A stretch of 64,000 nucleotides of DNA from the NCBI GenBank assembly GCA_965223335.1, contig OZ244991.1:640001-704000 (forward strand). The letters run 5' to 3'. The notes beneath the pieces are model-generated. The model saw nothing but the letters and a program-made list of their open reading frames with translations, was not told the DNA's origin and made no database searches. The DNA is from Thermodesulfobacteriota bacterium. Its GTDB lineage: Bacteria > Desulfobacterota_D > UBA1144 > Nemesobacterales > UBA2774. A program made the position numbers and the translations under genes. This document shows, piece by piece, positions 39,917-49,998 of this stretch. Every line of letters begins with the position of its first letter. Positions within the stretch are counted from its first letter, which is position 1.

Positions 39917-40858
39917 TTGACGAATAAAGACCTACTAGAAAAAGTTACAAAACTGGAAACAAGCATATCGAGTGTAATAAAAGGCAAGCCCGAGGCCATT
40001 AAAATTGCGCTCGTTGCCCTTATCTCGGGCGGTCATTTGCTGATAGAAGACGTGCCGGGTGTGGGCAAAACCACCCTTGCCCATGCACTCGCAAAATCCA
40101 CCAACTTGAGTTTCAAGAGAATACAGTTTACAAGCGACCTGCTGCCATCGGATATCTTGGGTGTTTCCGTGTTAGACCGCGACACAAACGAATTTACATT
40201 TAAAAAAGGCCCTATCTTCGCCAACATAGTCCTTGCCGACGAGATAAACAGGGCCACACCAAAGACCCAGAGTGCTCTGCTCGAAGCTATGAACGAATCG
40301 CGGGCTACGATAGACGGCAATGTATATAATCTACCGAGACCATTTATTGTGATTGCCACCCAAAACCCTTTTGAGTACAAGGGTACTTTCCCTCTGCCTG
40401 AAAACCAGCTCGATAGATTTTCGCTTAGGATAAGCATAGGGTACCCGGACCGGAGAAGTGAAAAAGAGATCCTTGCCAATTCGATGCCGGGTAATTCCTG
40501 GGACAAAATCGAGCCCACTATCTCTGCAGAGGATGTTATCACACTGCAGGAGATGGCCGTTGGGGTTCGTGTGGACGAAGCGATCCTCGACTACATACTC
40601 GAGATAATAAACCAAACAAGGAACCCAAACCTATTTGAGCTGGGTGTGAGCCCAAGGGGTGCGATAGCTCTTAAAAACACCGCACAGGCGCTTGCACTAG
40701 TGGGCGGGAGACAGTATTGCATCCCAGACGATGTAAAACAAATGGTGTTGCCTGTGCTGGCTCATAGAGTATTATTAAAAGGTGGGGTGATGATGCGGAG
40801 CGGGGGGCAGGAAGACGCACTGAGTGAAGTACTAGATACCGTAGAAGTGCCTGTATAG
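39917..40858 (+). CDS. MoxR-family AAA+ ATPase
   Basis: GHLLIEDVPGVGKT, RIQFTSDLLPSD, DEINRATPKTQSALLEAM, ATQNP and SPRG motifs. Confidence 0.92.
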   Translation: MTNKDLLEKVTKLETSISSVIKGKPEAIKIALVALISGGHLLIEDVPGVGKTTLAHALAKSTNLSFKRIQFTSDLLPSDILGVSVLDRDTNEFTFKKGPIFANIVLADEINRATPKTQSALLEAMNESRATIDGNVYNLPRPFIVIATQNPFEYKGTFPLPENQLDRFSLRISIGYPDRRSEKEILANSMPGNSWDKIEPTISAEDVITLQEMAVGVRVDEAILDYILEIINQTRNPNLFELGVSPRGAIALKNTAQALALVGGRQYCIPDDVKQMVLPVLAHRVLLKGGVMMRSGGQEDALSEVLDTVEVPV

Positions 40859-40884
40859 ATTATATAATCAGGTAAGGGGAGAAA

Positions 40885-41154
40885 ATGAACAGCAGAAACA
40901 GTATCCATATCTATAAGGGTAAAGCGCCGTTTTACGCATTGCCCGTGGCATTAATCCTAGGGCTGGTAGTTTTTGGCATACTAGCTATATTCGGGCTTTT
41001 TATAGGCATCATTGCAGGTGCTTTATTTGTCTTATTTGGAGTGCTAAGGCTATTTAGCGGATTTGGTAAAAAGAAGCAGAGAAGGGTTGAGGACGACGGC
41101 ACCACAATCGTATTGGAAGAGAAGGATTATAAAGTAATAGATATAGAGAAGTAA
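40885..41154 (+). CDS. Small membrane protein
   Basis: GGGGAG RBS; long hydrophobic hairpin followed by a charged tail. Confidence 0.65.
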   Translation: MNSRNSIHIYKGKAPFYALPVALILGLVVFGILAIFGLFIGIIAGALFVLFGVLRLFSGFGKKKQRRVEDDGTTIVLEEKDYKVIDIEK

Positions 41155-41161
41155 TCAGATT

Positions 41162-41440
41162 TCAGACTAAATCATCAATTTCCCCGGCAAGCCGAAAATC
41201 CTTATTAGTAAGCCCGCCTTCACTATGAGTCGAAAGTGTGAGGGTTACTCTCTTATATTCTATCAATATATCGGGATGGTGGTCTGCCTTCTCGGCTAAA
41301 ATTGCCACTTTGTTTACAAAGCCTATTGCCTCTATAAAATCCCCAAGCGTAAACTCCTTAACAATCGATTTTTCAACCACACTCCAACCCTCTAACGCCC
41401 CGACTCTCTCTCGGATCTCATTATCATTTAAAAGTGCCAT
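41162..41440 (-). CDS. phhB: Pterin-4-alpha-carbinolamine dehydratase
   Basis: AEKADHHPDI and THSEGGLTNKDFRLA motifs. Confidence 0.92.
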   Translation of the reverse strand: MALLNDNEIRERVGALEGWSVVEKSIVKEFTLGDFIEAIGFVNKVAILAEKADHHPDILIEYKRVTLTLSTHSEGGLTNKDFRLAGEIDDLV

Positions 41441-41516
41441 AAGCTACGCCCCCCTCGCAACAACACTAATTGAAACGAGCTGGATAGTCAAAGCCACACG
41501 GTTAGAATAGAGTGCT

Positions 41517-42017
41517 ATGAAAAACGTGTTTATCAGCTTGGGTACCAACATGGGTGATAGGACTGAAAATTTAAAGAGTGCGTTACTCCAAGTATCGAAA
41601 TTTTCTAAAATTATAAAGCTATCGTCCATATACAAAACAGAAGCTGTTGGAAATGAGAGCCAGCCCGATTTTTTAAATGCGGCAATTGAACTAGAGACCG
41701 GGCTTCTACCCTATGAGCTGCTTGAGAGACTGCACTCCATTGAGAACGAGATGGGGAGGAAACGAGAGACTAAATGGGGCCCGAGGATTATCGATCTCGA
41801 TATCATTTTCTATAACGATCTTGTCATCATTAGTCCAAATATTACCATCCCCCATCCACACGCTCACCAAAGGCGTTTTGTGATCGAACCTCTGGCTGAG
41901 ATCGCCCCCGATTTTATACATCCAAAGCTTAACATGACTATTTCAGAACTATCGGGCCAGCTCAGCGACTCTAAAAAAGTCATTAAGAGCGATAAGTTAT
42001 CTATAAAGTTTGCTTAG
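41517..42017 (+). CDS. folK: Hydroxymethyldihydropterin pyrophosphokinase
   Basis: SLGTNMGDR, FLNAA, WGPRIIDLDI and IPHP...RRFV motifs. Confidence 0.96.
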   Translation: MKNVFISLGTNMGDRTENLKSALLQVSKFSKIIKLSSIYKTEAVGNESQPDFLNAAIELETGLLPYELLERLHSIENEMGRKRETKWGPRIIDLDIIFYNDLVIISPNITIPHPHAHQRRFVIEPLAEIAPDFIHPKLNMTISELSGQLSDSKKVIKSDKLSIKFA

Positions 42018-42095
42018 TATATTTAGATCCCCATTGATATGAATCATGCATGGATCATACACATCAGGATCGATGGAAATTCTAGATCTTAAGTA

Positions 42096-42941
42096 CTAAA
42101 TACTCTTTGCAGACTCAAGTGTATTCCAAAGCAACATGGTTATAGTCATCGGGCCCACCCCTCCCGGAACAGGCGTGATGTAGGAAGCCACCTCACTTAC
42201 CCCCTCGAACTCCACGTCCCCGGTCAGTTTGCCTTCCTGGTTGCGATTAATCCCCACATCAATCACCACAGCCCCCTCCTTTACCATATCTGCGGTTATA
42301 AAGTTGGCTCTGCCGATTGCGGCAACCAATATATCGGCCCTCTTTGTTACCTCATCCAGGGGTTTTGTGCGCGAGTGACAGATCGTGACGGTGGCATGGC
42401 GGTGGAGTAAGAGAATGGATACGGGTTTCCCCACGATATTGCTCCTGCCCACTATGACAGCCTGCTTGCCCTCGATATCTATGTTGTAGTATTCGAGCAT
42501 CTTGATAATCCCATGTGGCGTACAAGAGATAAACCGCGGATGCCCCTCGACCAATAGACCCACGTTGTAGGGGTGAAACCCGTCTACATCCTTAGCGGGC
42601 GACACAGCGCGGAGCACATTTGTTTCGTTGATATGATCGGGCAGAGGTAGCTGGACCAAGATGCCGTGGACCTGTGGGTCGTCGTTTAATTTCGCCACAA
42701 GTGCTAACAGTTCTTCTTCCGTAGTATCAGTGGGGAGCTTGTGTTCCCACGAGTTCATCCCGCAGGCTGCACATGCCTTCCTCTTATTTCGCACGTATAT
42801 CTCAGATGCAGGATCCTCGCCGACCAGGACGGCTGCAAGCCCTGGAGTAATACCGGTATCGGATTTTAACTTTTCAACTTCTTGAGTAATCTGCTCTCTT
42901 ATGTGCTGAGAGACCTTTTTACCATCTATTAATTCCGCCAT
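42096..42941 (-). CDS. folD: Methylenetetrahydrofolate dehydrogenase/cyclohydrolase
   Basis: YVRNK, KDVDGFHP, GRSNIVGKP and TPVPGGVGPMT motifs. Confidence 0.97.
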   Translation of the reverse strand: MAELIDGKKVSQHIREQITQEVEKLKSDTGITPGLAAVLVGEDPASEIYVRNKRKACAACGMNSWEHKLPTDTTEEELLALVAKLNDDPQVHGILVQLPLPDHINETNVLRAVSPAKDVDGFHPYNVGLLVEGHPRFISCTPHGIIKMLEYYNIDIEGKQAVIVGRSNIVGKPVSILLLHRHATVTICHSRTKPLDEVTKRADILVAAIGRANFITADMVKEGAVVIDVGINRNQEGKLTGDVEFEGVSEVASYITPVPGGVGPMTITMLLWNTLESAKSI

Positions 42942-42955
42942 CTAGTGCTCCTTAG

Positions 42956-43756
42956 TTAATCGATTTTCCAATAATGGTTAAGGGGACCGTACCCCTTGCC
43001 GAGCTCAAAAGAACCCGAAATAGCACCTGTTATATAGGACTTAGCCGCTTTCACAGCGTCAGGCAGCCCCGCCCCTTTTGCCAACTCGGCACAGATAGAC
43101 GCCGAGTATGTACAACCAGTACCGTGAGTATTGTTGGTATTGATTCTGTCTCCTCTAAACTCATGAAACCTCTCGCCGTCATAAAATAGATCAACCGCGT
43201 CTTGAGATGAGTCCAAATGCCCGCCTTTTACCACAACACTGCCGGGGCCAAGGTTTATTATAACGTGAGCAGCTTCCCTCATACTATCGATACCGCTAAT
43301 TACCAATCCCGTCAAACGCTCTGCTTCCGGGATATTTGGTGTTACAATTGCGGCCTTGGGTAGGATCTCTGCAATCAGAGTATCCACCGCGTCGTCCTCA
43401 AGCAACGACACCCCGCCCTTTGCAACCATCACAGGATCCACAACCAATTTCTCTATCTTATATTGATCCAATTTTTTTGCAACCGACGATATTATACCGC
43501 GGCTATACAACATCCCTGTCTTTACAGCATCAACCCCTATATCACTCAAAACGGCGTCTATCTCAAGCTCGACAAACTCGGGCGGCAACCCATACACACC
43601 CTCTACCGTCTGGGTGTTTTGAGCCGTAACACAGGTTACCACCGACGCACCGAACACCTTATGAGCAGTAAAGGTTTTGAGATCGGCCTGAATGCCCGCA
43701 CCACCGCCTGAATCCGAACCTGCAATAGTTAGTGCTCTCGGTACAAATTCGCCCAC
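42956..43756 (-). CDS. thiD: Hydroxymethylpyrimidine/phosphomethylpyrimidine kinase
   Basis: AGSDSGGGAGIQADLKT, DPVM, TPNIPE and THGTGCT motifs. Confidence 0.96.
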   Translation of the reverse strand: MGEFVPRALTIAGSDSGGGAGIQADLKTFTAHKVFGASVVTCVTAQNTQTVEGVYGLPPEFVELEIDAVLSDIGVDAVKTGMLYSRGIISSVAKKLDQYKIEKLVVDPVMVAKGGVSLLEDDAVDTLIAEILPKAAIVTPNIPEAERLTGLVISGIDSMREAAHVIINLGPGSVVVKGGHLDSSQDAVDLFYDGERFHEFRGDRINTNNTHGTGCTYSASICAELAKGAGLPDAVKAAKSYITGAISGSFELGKGYGPLNHYWKID

Positions 43757-43876
43757 CCGCCCTATTCTACTGAGTAATTATTTTGTTTACAAACTTAACC
43801 TGTAGCGTACTAGACTTAACTTAATTTAAATGTAATATATAGGCTTGCATTTACATTGTAATAAGGAGAATTAGTT

Positions 43877-44284
43877 ATGAGTGGAAAAGACGATATCATG
43901 TACCCGGAGCTGTTTGCTACTGATGACAAAGGCAGGGTTAGGCTTGTGGCAGGTTACAGCAAAGAATCGGACAACTGGACATTTCCTAAGTACATGGCGG
44001 ATCCCGAGAGCTTCTCTGACGAGATCGAAGAGAAGATGTTAAGCCCCGAGGGTGAGCTGCATTCATACACAATAGTAAGAAGGAGCATGCCTGAGTTCCC
44101 GGTACCGTACGCATTGGCTCTAGTCGATTTCCCCGAGGGTGTAAGGGTAATGGCCCAGGTAGAGACAGACGACCTAGACGGACTCAAGATAGGGCAAAAA
44201 ATGGGTGTAGTCGTCGGCACGGTGAAAAAGACAAAGGATGGAAAGGATGTAAAATCCTACAAGTTTTATCCTATTAATAATTAG
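43877..44284 (+). CDS. DUF35-type OB-fold (acyl-CoA-associated) protein
   Basis: AAGGAG RBS; GELHSYTIV...PYALALVDFPEGVRVMAQV...LKIGQKM OB-fold; the zinc-ribbon positions carry no Cys. Confidence 0.75.
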   Translation: MSGKDDIMYPELFATDDKGRVRLVAGYSKESDNWTFPKYMADPESFSDEIEEKMLSPEGELHSYTIVRRSMPEFPVPYALALVDFPEGVRVMAQVETDDLDGLKIGQKMGVVVGTVKKTKDGKDVKSYKFYPINN

Positions 44285-44465
44285 CAGATAGAAGCCGTTT
44301 TAACATTCTTTCACAGGTCCCGAGTCCAAAGGAACTAAATTGAGATTAAAGAGGTTGTGTATAGGTAAGTTGTAATATTTAATCTATGCACCGTATTTTT
44401 TAATTATTTACTTTCCTTAGTCTATCCATTATGCTTTCCGTATATTAACTGTACGCGTTTAATAT

Positions 44466-45299
44466 ATGAGCACACAACCTCTCTACAGAAAACCCCTCTT
44501 TATCGCCATAATAGCTTTACTGTCATTTTCTCAAGTCTACATAGCCAGTGGGTCTGAGCAGGATCTGTTGTCCGTAAACGTCACAAACAGCAAGCTCGGG
44601 CTTGTGCTAATAGGTACTATTTCAAACGATGACAACTCTAAAGCCGTGCTTAAAAACCCTGTGACAGGGGAGATCAAAAAATACATACAGGGTGAGCACA
44701 TTGATATTATCAACTCCGCCAACGTTAAACTGGTAGAGGTTTCAAACTGTATAGTGCTCATTGATCGCGGTGGGAGTTATGAAACCCTAGAGTGCGAAAA
44801 CAGGTATACAACCGCTGTGTTCCAGCCCCAGGCACTCGCACGATACAGGATTGTTCACCCCGGGCTCAATATGTCGTCGGAAGAGTTCACCGCGAAATAC
44901 GACAGCGTTATAAAATCGGCAAGCAGAAAACACGGTGTCGACCCTTACTTGGTAAAAGCTGTGATAAAAGCAGAATCCAATTTTAACCCCGACGCCGTCT
45001 CACCCAAAAACGCGCAAGGTATGATGCAGCTTATCCCCGACACCGCAGACGATTACGGGCTAAATAACCCCTTTGACCCCACCGAGAATATAGAGGCCGG
45101 GGTCCACCACTTAAAAGACCTTATCAAGTACTTCGACGGCGACATCAAACTCTCGCTCGCAGCTTATAACGCCGGCAAAGGGGCTGTGGTAAAGCACGGA
45201 TTTACCATCCCACCCTACCCCGAGACCACCAACTACATCTCCAAAGTGCTTAGATATTACAAGGTGTTAAAATCTGATAAATACCTATCCAAGAACTGA
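44466..45299 (+). CDS. Lytic transglycosylase (SLT) with an N-terminal GspC-HR/PilP-like domain
   Basis: N-terminal hydrophobic segment; KAESNFNPDAVSPKNAQGMMQL, AAYNAG and PPYPET SLT motifs; the N-domain call is by pattern. Confidence 0.85.
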   Translation: MSTQPLYRKPLFIAIIALLSFSQVYIASGSEQDLLSVNVTNSKLGLVLIGTISNDDNSKAVLKNPVTGEIKKYIQGEHIDIINSANVKLVEVSNCIVLIDRGGSYETLECENRYTTAVFQPQALARYRIVHPGLNMSSEEFTAKYDSVIKSASRKHGVDPYLVKAVIKAESNFNPDAVSPKNAQGMMQLIPDTADDYGLNNPFDPTENIEAGVHHLKDLIKYFDGDIKLSLAAYNAGKGAVVKHGFTIPPYPETTNYISKVLRYYKVLKSDKYLSKN

Positions 45300-45347
45300 T
45301 CGTCCTTATGCCATTGCAAGAAGATAAAACTTCTATACAGTCTAAGA

Positions 45348-45376
45348 TTGACAAGACCTTACAATTCAAATAAACT
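45348..45376 (+). promoter_or_regulatory. Sigma-70 promoter for the tRNA
   Basis: TTGACA-N17-TAAACT, 23 nt upstream of the tRNA. Confidence 0.75.
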
Positions 45377-45399
45377 AGTAAATTTACTGAATGAATCTT

Positions 45400-45473
45400 G
45401 GGCCCATAGCTCAGTTGGTTAGAGCGGCGGACTCATAATCCGTTGGTCCCTGGTTCGAGTCCGGGTGGGCCCA
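45400..45473 (+). tRNA. tRNA with CAU anticodon, most likely tRNA-Ile2 (lysidine); CCA not encoded
   Basis: Acceptor GGGCCCA/TGGGCCC + discriminator A; D-arm GCTC...GAGC; anticodon arm GCGGA-CTCATAA-TCCGT; T-arm CCTGG-TTCGAGT-CCGGG. No C1:A72 mismatch, so not initiator. Followed by CAA. Confidence 0.93.
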
Positions 45474-45622
45474 CAAAAAGGTGCTAATACTCTAAATGGG
45501 AATAGAGTTTATAAAAGTTAGATACCAAAATCCGATTCATTTCAAAACATGTTTTTCCACTCAAGTTCCATTTCCCAATATCCACGAGCGAGTTACCATA
45601 CACATAGGCCAAGGAGATAGAT

Positions 45623-46351
45623 ATGAGAGACCAAATTGTGGCTCTCGAAGCTCTGCAAAGTATTGATATCGAGCTCCGAGAGCTGGAAGCAAACCTAGAA
45701 GAATATCCCAAAATAATTTCCAACCTAGAACAAGAACTAACACAAGCCAAAGACTCCATAGAAGCACAGAAGTCCCTAATCACAGAACAAAAAACTACAA
45801 AATCACGTTTAGAACTCGAGATCTCGAACAATGAAGAGACCATCAAAAAATCCGAGGAAAAGCTCTTCGAAATCAAAACCCACAAGGAATATGAGGCCCT
45901 GCAAAAAGAGATAGCAGAAACAAAACGCATAACTGCAGGCCTGGAAGATGAACTGTTGCAGAGCATGGAGCAGATAGAAAAATTGGAGACAGAAATTGCA
46001 GAACTAGAAGAGTCACTGCAAGAAAAAGAGTCGAATTACACAGAGGAGATCTCTGATTACAAACAAAAAATCGATGATCTAAGAGCAGTGTATGAGCCCA
46101 AAAAAGAAGAACACGAGAAAATTGTGACTCAGGTAAAGCCAGATATCCTCCCTATATACGAAAAAGTTAGCAAAAGAAACGGCATCGCCCTTGCAGAAGC
46201 CAAAGACGAGGTGTGTACGGGATGCAACATGAACATCCCCCCACAGCTCTTTAACGAAGTACTGACACTCACTAGAATAATACAGTGCCCGAACTGTAAA
46301 AAAATACTGTTTTGCGACCAAGAAAAAGAAAGTGACTCCCCCTCAACCTGA
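45623..46351 (+). CDS. Coiled-coil C4 zinc-ribbon protein (DUF164, CT398/HP0958-like)
   Basis: LQSIDIEL N-terminus, long coiled coil, CTGC...CPNC; typical neighbour of rnhA/rnpB. Confidence 0.9.
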   Translation: MRDQIVALEALQSIDIELRELEANLEEYPKIISNLEQELTQAKDSIEAQKSLITEQKTTKSRLELEISNNEETIKKSEEKLFEIKTHKEYEALQKEIAETKRITAGLEDELLQSMEQIEKLETEIAELEESLQEKESNYTEEISDYKQKIDDLRAVYEPKKEEHEKIVTQVKPDILPIYEKVSKRNGIALAEAKDEVCTGCNMNIPPQLFNEVLTLTRIIQCPNCKKILFCDQEKESDSPST

Positions 46352-46775
46352 CCTTCCGCTAGATACTAAGGATCGTGATCTGTTGACGGTATATACAGAC
46401 GGGGCATCGCGCGGGAACCCCGGCGAATCCGGTATAGGTGTGGTTATATCCAAAAACAACACCACGGTTAAAACTATAAAGACATATCTCGGCAAAGCCA
46501 CGAACAACCAGGCAGAATACGCTGCTCTCATCGCCGCCCTGGAAGCAGTCTTGGGGCTTGGCAAACATAAAGTAAGGTTGTACACGGATTCCCAGCTTAT
46601 GGCCAATCAGATAAACGGCCTATGGAAAGTTAAACACCCCGACATTAAACCGCTCTACAAAAAAGCTATGACGCTGATTGGGCAACTCCCCGAGTTCCGC
46701 ATCCAGTATATCCCCAGGGAACTCAATACCCAGGCCGACAGGCTTGCTAACCAGGCTATTGATGAATATTCTTAA
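46332..46775 (+). CDS. rnhA: Ribonuclease HI (type lacking basic protrusion)
   Basis: YTDGASRGNPG, TNNQAEY, TDSQL and IPRELNTQADRLAN motifs. Confidence 0.93.
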   Translation: MTPPQPDLPLDTKDRDLLTVYTDGASRGNPGESGIGVVISKNNTTVKTIKTYLGKATNNQAEYAALIAALEAVLGLGKHKVRLYTDSQLMANQINGLWKVKHPDIKPLYKKAMTLIGQLPEFRIQYIPRELNTQADRLANQAIDEYS

Positions 46776-46779
46776 GGTA

Positions 46780-47157
46780 TAGAGGCAAGTGGGTCAGACA
46801 GTCGCTCTCTACACATGTAGGGGGAGGAAAGTCCGAACTCCGAGGGCAGAGCGCTGGGTAACACCCAGGTGTCGTGAGGCAACGGAAAGTGCCACAGAAA
46901 ACATACCGCCTAAGGCCTACGGGTCCGGCAAGGGTGAAAAGGTGGTGTAAGAGACCACCGCGCGGGTTGGCAACAGTCCGCGGCACGGTAAACCCCGCTT
47001 GGAGAAAGACAAAATAGGGAAGCATATTCTCCTCAGAGAATATAAAGGGCTGCCCGCCCCACGCTTCCGGGTATGTCGATCGAGGCATGCAGTAATGCAT
47101 GTCCCAGATGAATGGCTGTCCACGACAGAATTCGGCTTACAGACCCACTTGTTTCTA
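46780..47157 (+). ncRNA. rnpB: RNase P RNA (bacterial, type A-like)
   Basis: GAGGAAAGTCC, GGAAAGTGCCACAGAAA, GGTAAACCCC and ACAGAATTCGGCTTA motifs; P1 pairs TAGAGGCAAGTGGGTC with GACCCACTTGTTTCTA. Ends approximate. Confidence 0.96.
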
Positions 47158-48360
47158 CTCTATAGTGACCCTGACAAACTCTTTTTTGCCTATTTTGATT
47201 TCGTGGGAACCGCTTGTGGATATGGGGGAGTTAATCTCGGTAACCCTCTCGCCGTCGATTGTGACCCCACCCTGCGCAATGAGCCTTTTGGCCTCGCCCC
47301 TGCTCTTTAGGTTTTGGGACGACTCAAATACGAGATCGAGCGTTGTGAGTATATCGTCGCGCGAAAGGCGGACCTCTCTTGCGTCTTCGGGGAATTCCCT
47401 CGAGGAAAATTTGGACTCGAAATCCACACGCGCACTCTGAGCAGCCTCGGCCCCATGCAACCAGGCTGTAAGCTCCGTAGCAAGCTCTTTTTTTGCATCC
47501 ATAGGGTGAGAATCCGATTTTAACGCCGTAATCTCCTCATCCGACCTCTCGCTTAGCAACTCATAGTATCTCCACATCAGCTCATCGGATACAGACATTA
47601 CTTTCCCGAATATATCAACGGGGGTGTCCTCCACTGCGATATAGTTGCCCAGAGATTTCGACATCTTCTGTACGCCGTCAAGCCCCTCTAGGATCGGCAG
47701 CAGTATTGCAACCTGGGGCTCTTGGTGAAAATGCCTTTGTATCTCGCGCCCGAGCAAAATGTTAAACTTTTGGTCCGTACCCCCAAACTCTATATCGGCC
47801 TTCATGCACACAGAATCGTACGCTTGAATGAGTGGATACAAAAACTCCTTTATAGAAATACCGACCCCGCTTGCGTAGCGTTTTTGAAAATCGTCCCGCT
47901 CGAGCATCCTTGCAACGTTTTCCATTGATGCAAGTTTTAATAGCTCCTCGGCACTCATCGGGGCCAGCCAAGAAGAGTTAAACAGTACCTCGGTCCTGTC
48001 CTCTCTAAGAATTTTGAATACCTGCTGCTTATAGGTTTCCGCGTTTTTAACCACCTCTTCATCTGTAAGTGGCGGGCGTGTGGCAGATTTGCCCGAGGGG
48101 TCGCCGATCTTGGCCGTAAAGTCACCTACTAGAAATACAACCGTATGGCCCAACTCCTGGAACTGCCGCAATTTTTTTAGCAGCACACAGTGCCCAAGGT
48201 GTAGGTCGGGTGCAGTGGGGTCAAACCCCGCTTTTATACGCAGTGGTTTATTATCATCTCTAGATTTTTTAAACTTAGCCAGCAGCTCCTCTTCCGAGAT
48301 GATCTCATCAAGGGCTTTTGTAATAATAGCAAGTTGCTCTTTAGGTGGGAGGTAACTCAA
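47155..48360 (-). CDS. tyrS: Tyrosine--tRNA ligase
   Basis: [29 protein letters not shown] and KMSKS motifs; C-terminal S4 domain. Confidence 0.97.
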   Translation of the reverse strand: MSYLPPKEQLAIITKALDEIISEEELLAKFKKSRDDNKPLRIKAGFDPTAPDLHLGHCVLLKKLRQFQELGHTVVFLVGDFTAKIGDPSGKSATRPPLTDEEVVKNAETYKQQVFKILREDRTEVLFNSSWLAPMSAEELLKLASMENVARMLERDDFQKRYASGVGISIKEFLYPLIQAYDSVCMKADIEFGGTDQKFNILLGREIQRHFHQEPQVAILLPILEGLDGVQKMSKSLGNYIAVEDTPVDIFGKVMSVSDELMWRYYELLSERSDEEITALKSDSHPMDAKKELATELTAWLHGAEAAQSARVDFESKFSSREFPEDAREVRLSRDDILTTLDLVFESSQNLKSRGEAKRLIAQGGVTIDGERVTEINSPISTSGSHEIKIGKKEFVRVTIE

Positions 48361-48447
48361 ATCCTGTCATACTCCTTGCATTTGTATGCGGGATAAAATA
48401 GCTGGATCCATCCTCTAACAAGTCGTTAGTTTATTTAGAGCTCGGGC

Positions 48448-49932
48448 TTATGGCAAATTAGAGTATCCCATTAGGTACTTATCGCACTCTCTTGCGGCCT
48501 CTCTGCCCTCGTTAATAGCCCAGACTACAAGGCTTTGACCTCTGCGCGCATCCCCTGCTGCAAACACTCCATCGATGTTTGTAGCATATTTGCCATACTC
48601 GGCTTTCGCATTCGACCGCTCATCACGTTCAATATCGAGGTTCTCGAGCACTAGGTCTTCCGGGCCTAAAAAACCCAATGCCAAAAACACAAGGTCTGCT
48701 TTCCATACCTTCTCCGAACCCGTTACCTCTTTAAATGTCGGTGTACCGTTGTCGCCCCTATGCCACTCTATATTTACTGTGTGAAGTTCTTTAATCCGGC
48801 CCTCGGCATCGCCTACGAATTTTTTGGTGAGCACCTGGTAGCGTCTGGGGTCATCACCAAACACAGCCACCGCCTCTTCCTGCCCATAGCTAAGCGTATA
48901 TACCACAGGCCACTCGGGCCACGGGTTGTCAACTGCCCTCTCGAGCGGTGGTTTTGCTAAAATCTCAAACTGCACAAGACTGTTGCAGCCGTGACGCACC
49001 GATGTCGCCACGCAGTCGGTGCCGGTATCCCCGCCCCCGAGTACTATAACGTCTTTATCTTTAGCCGATATAAAGTTGCCGTCCTTAAGCTCACTGTCCA
49101 ATAAGCTCTTGGTGTTAGCCCTTAGAAATTCCATGGCAAAGTGTATACCACCTAGTTCTCTGCCCTCGATCGGCAGATCACGCGGCTTAGTGGCCCCGGT
49201 GCATATCACCACAGCGTCGTGTCCAGCTACGAGTTTATCCGCAGCATAGTCCTTCCCGATCTCGGTGCCCGTTACAAACTTAACACCCTCTTCGGCCATT
49301 AGATTCACACGGCGCTCCACTATCTTTTTATCCAGGTGCGGGTTGGGTATACCGTACATAAGCAGCCCGCCTATTCTATCGTCCCGTTCGTACACTGTGA
49401 CAGTGTGCCCCGCTTTGTTTAGCTGAGCCGCACAGGATAGTCCGGCGGGACCCGAACCGATTATAGCCACAGTCTTGCCGGTCCTTTGCTTGGGAGGCTC
49501 CGCAACAATCCACCCCTCCTCAAATCCCTTATCTACAATTGCACACTCGACACTTTTAATGGTTACAGGCGGCTCACTTATGCCCAATACGCACGAGCCC
49601 TCGCAAGGCGCAGGACACACGCGGCCCGTAAACTCGGGGAAATTGTTGGTTTTGTGTAGCCGCTCGAGCGCTTCGCGCCATAGTCCCTTGTAGACCAGGT
49701 CGTTCCACTCGGGGATGAGGTTGTTAATAGGACACCCGGCGGTGAGTCCGCCAATAATAGTGCCTGACTGACAGAAAGGTATTCCACAGTCCATACACCT
49801 CGAGCCCTGAACCTTAAGCATTTTCTCGGGCAGGTGCCCATGAAACTCCTTCCAGTCCTTTATCCTTTCAGATGGAGACCGATCGGGCTCAAGTTCCCTA
49901 GTATGCTCCAAAAACCCTGTAGGATCACCCAT
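48448..49932 (-). CDS. gltD: Glutamate synthase small subunit
   Basis: [34 protein letters not shown] and [11 protein letters not shown] motifs. Confidence 0.97.
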   Translation of the reverse strand: MGDPTGFLEHTRELEPDRSPSERIKDWKEFHGHLPEKMLKVQGSRCMDCGIPFCQSGTIIGGLTAGCPINNLIPEWNDLVYKGLWREALERLHKTNNFPEFTGRVCPAPCEGSCVLGISEPPVTIKSVECAIVDKGFEEGWIVAEPPKQRTGKTVAIIGSGPAGLSCAAQLNKAGHTVTVYERDDRIGGLLMYGIPNPHLDKKIVERRVNLMAEEGVKFVTGTEIGKDYAADKLVAGHDAVVICTGATKPRDLPIEGRELGGIHFAMEFLRANTKSLLDSELKDGNFISAKDKDVIVLGGGDTGTDCVATSVRHGCNSLVQFEILAKPPLERAVDNPWPEWPVVYTLSYGQEEAVAVFGDDPRRYQVLTKKFVGDAEGRIKELHTVNIEWHRGDNGTPTFKEVTGSEKVWKADLVFLALGFLGPEDLVLENLDIERDERSNAKAEYGKYATNIDGVFAAGDARRGQSLVVWAINEGREAARECDKYLMGYSNLP

Positions 49933-49998
49933 TAAAATGCCTCCGTTTCATACCGTATGAAGTATTTCGATATCCAATGATACACATATTGGGATAAA

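Noticed and set aside
43757..43876. TPP riboswitch upstream of thiD
   Set aside because: Short AT-rich divergent promoter region with no CTGAGA/TGAA core visible.
45400..45622. tRNA as an integration site
   Set aside because: No duplicated tRNA 3' end or integrase seen; the downstream genes are housekeeping.
46756..47440. Short ORFs over the rnpB/tyrS junction
   Set aside because: Explained by RNase P RNA and tyrS.
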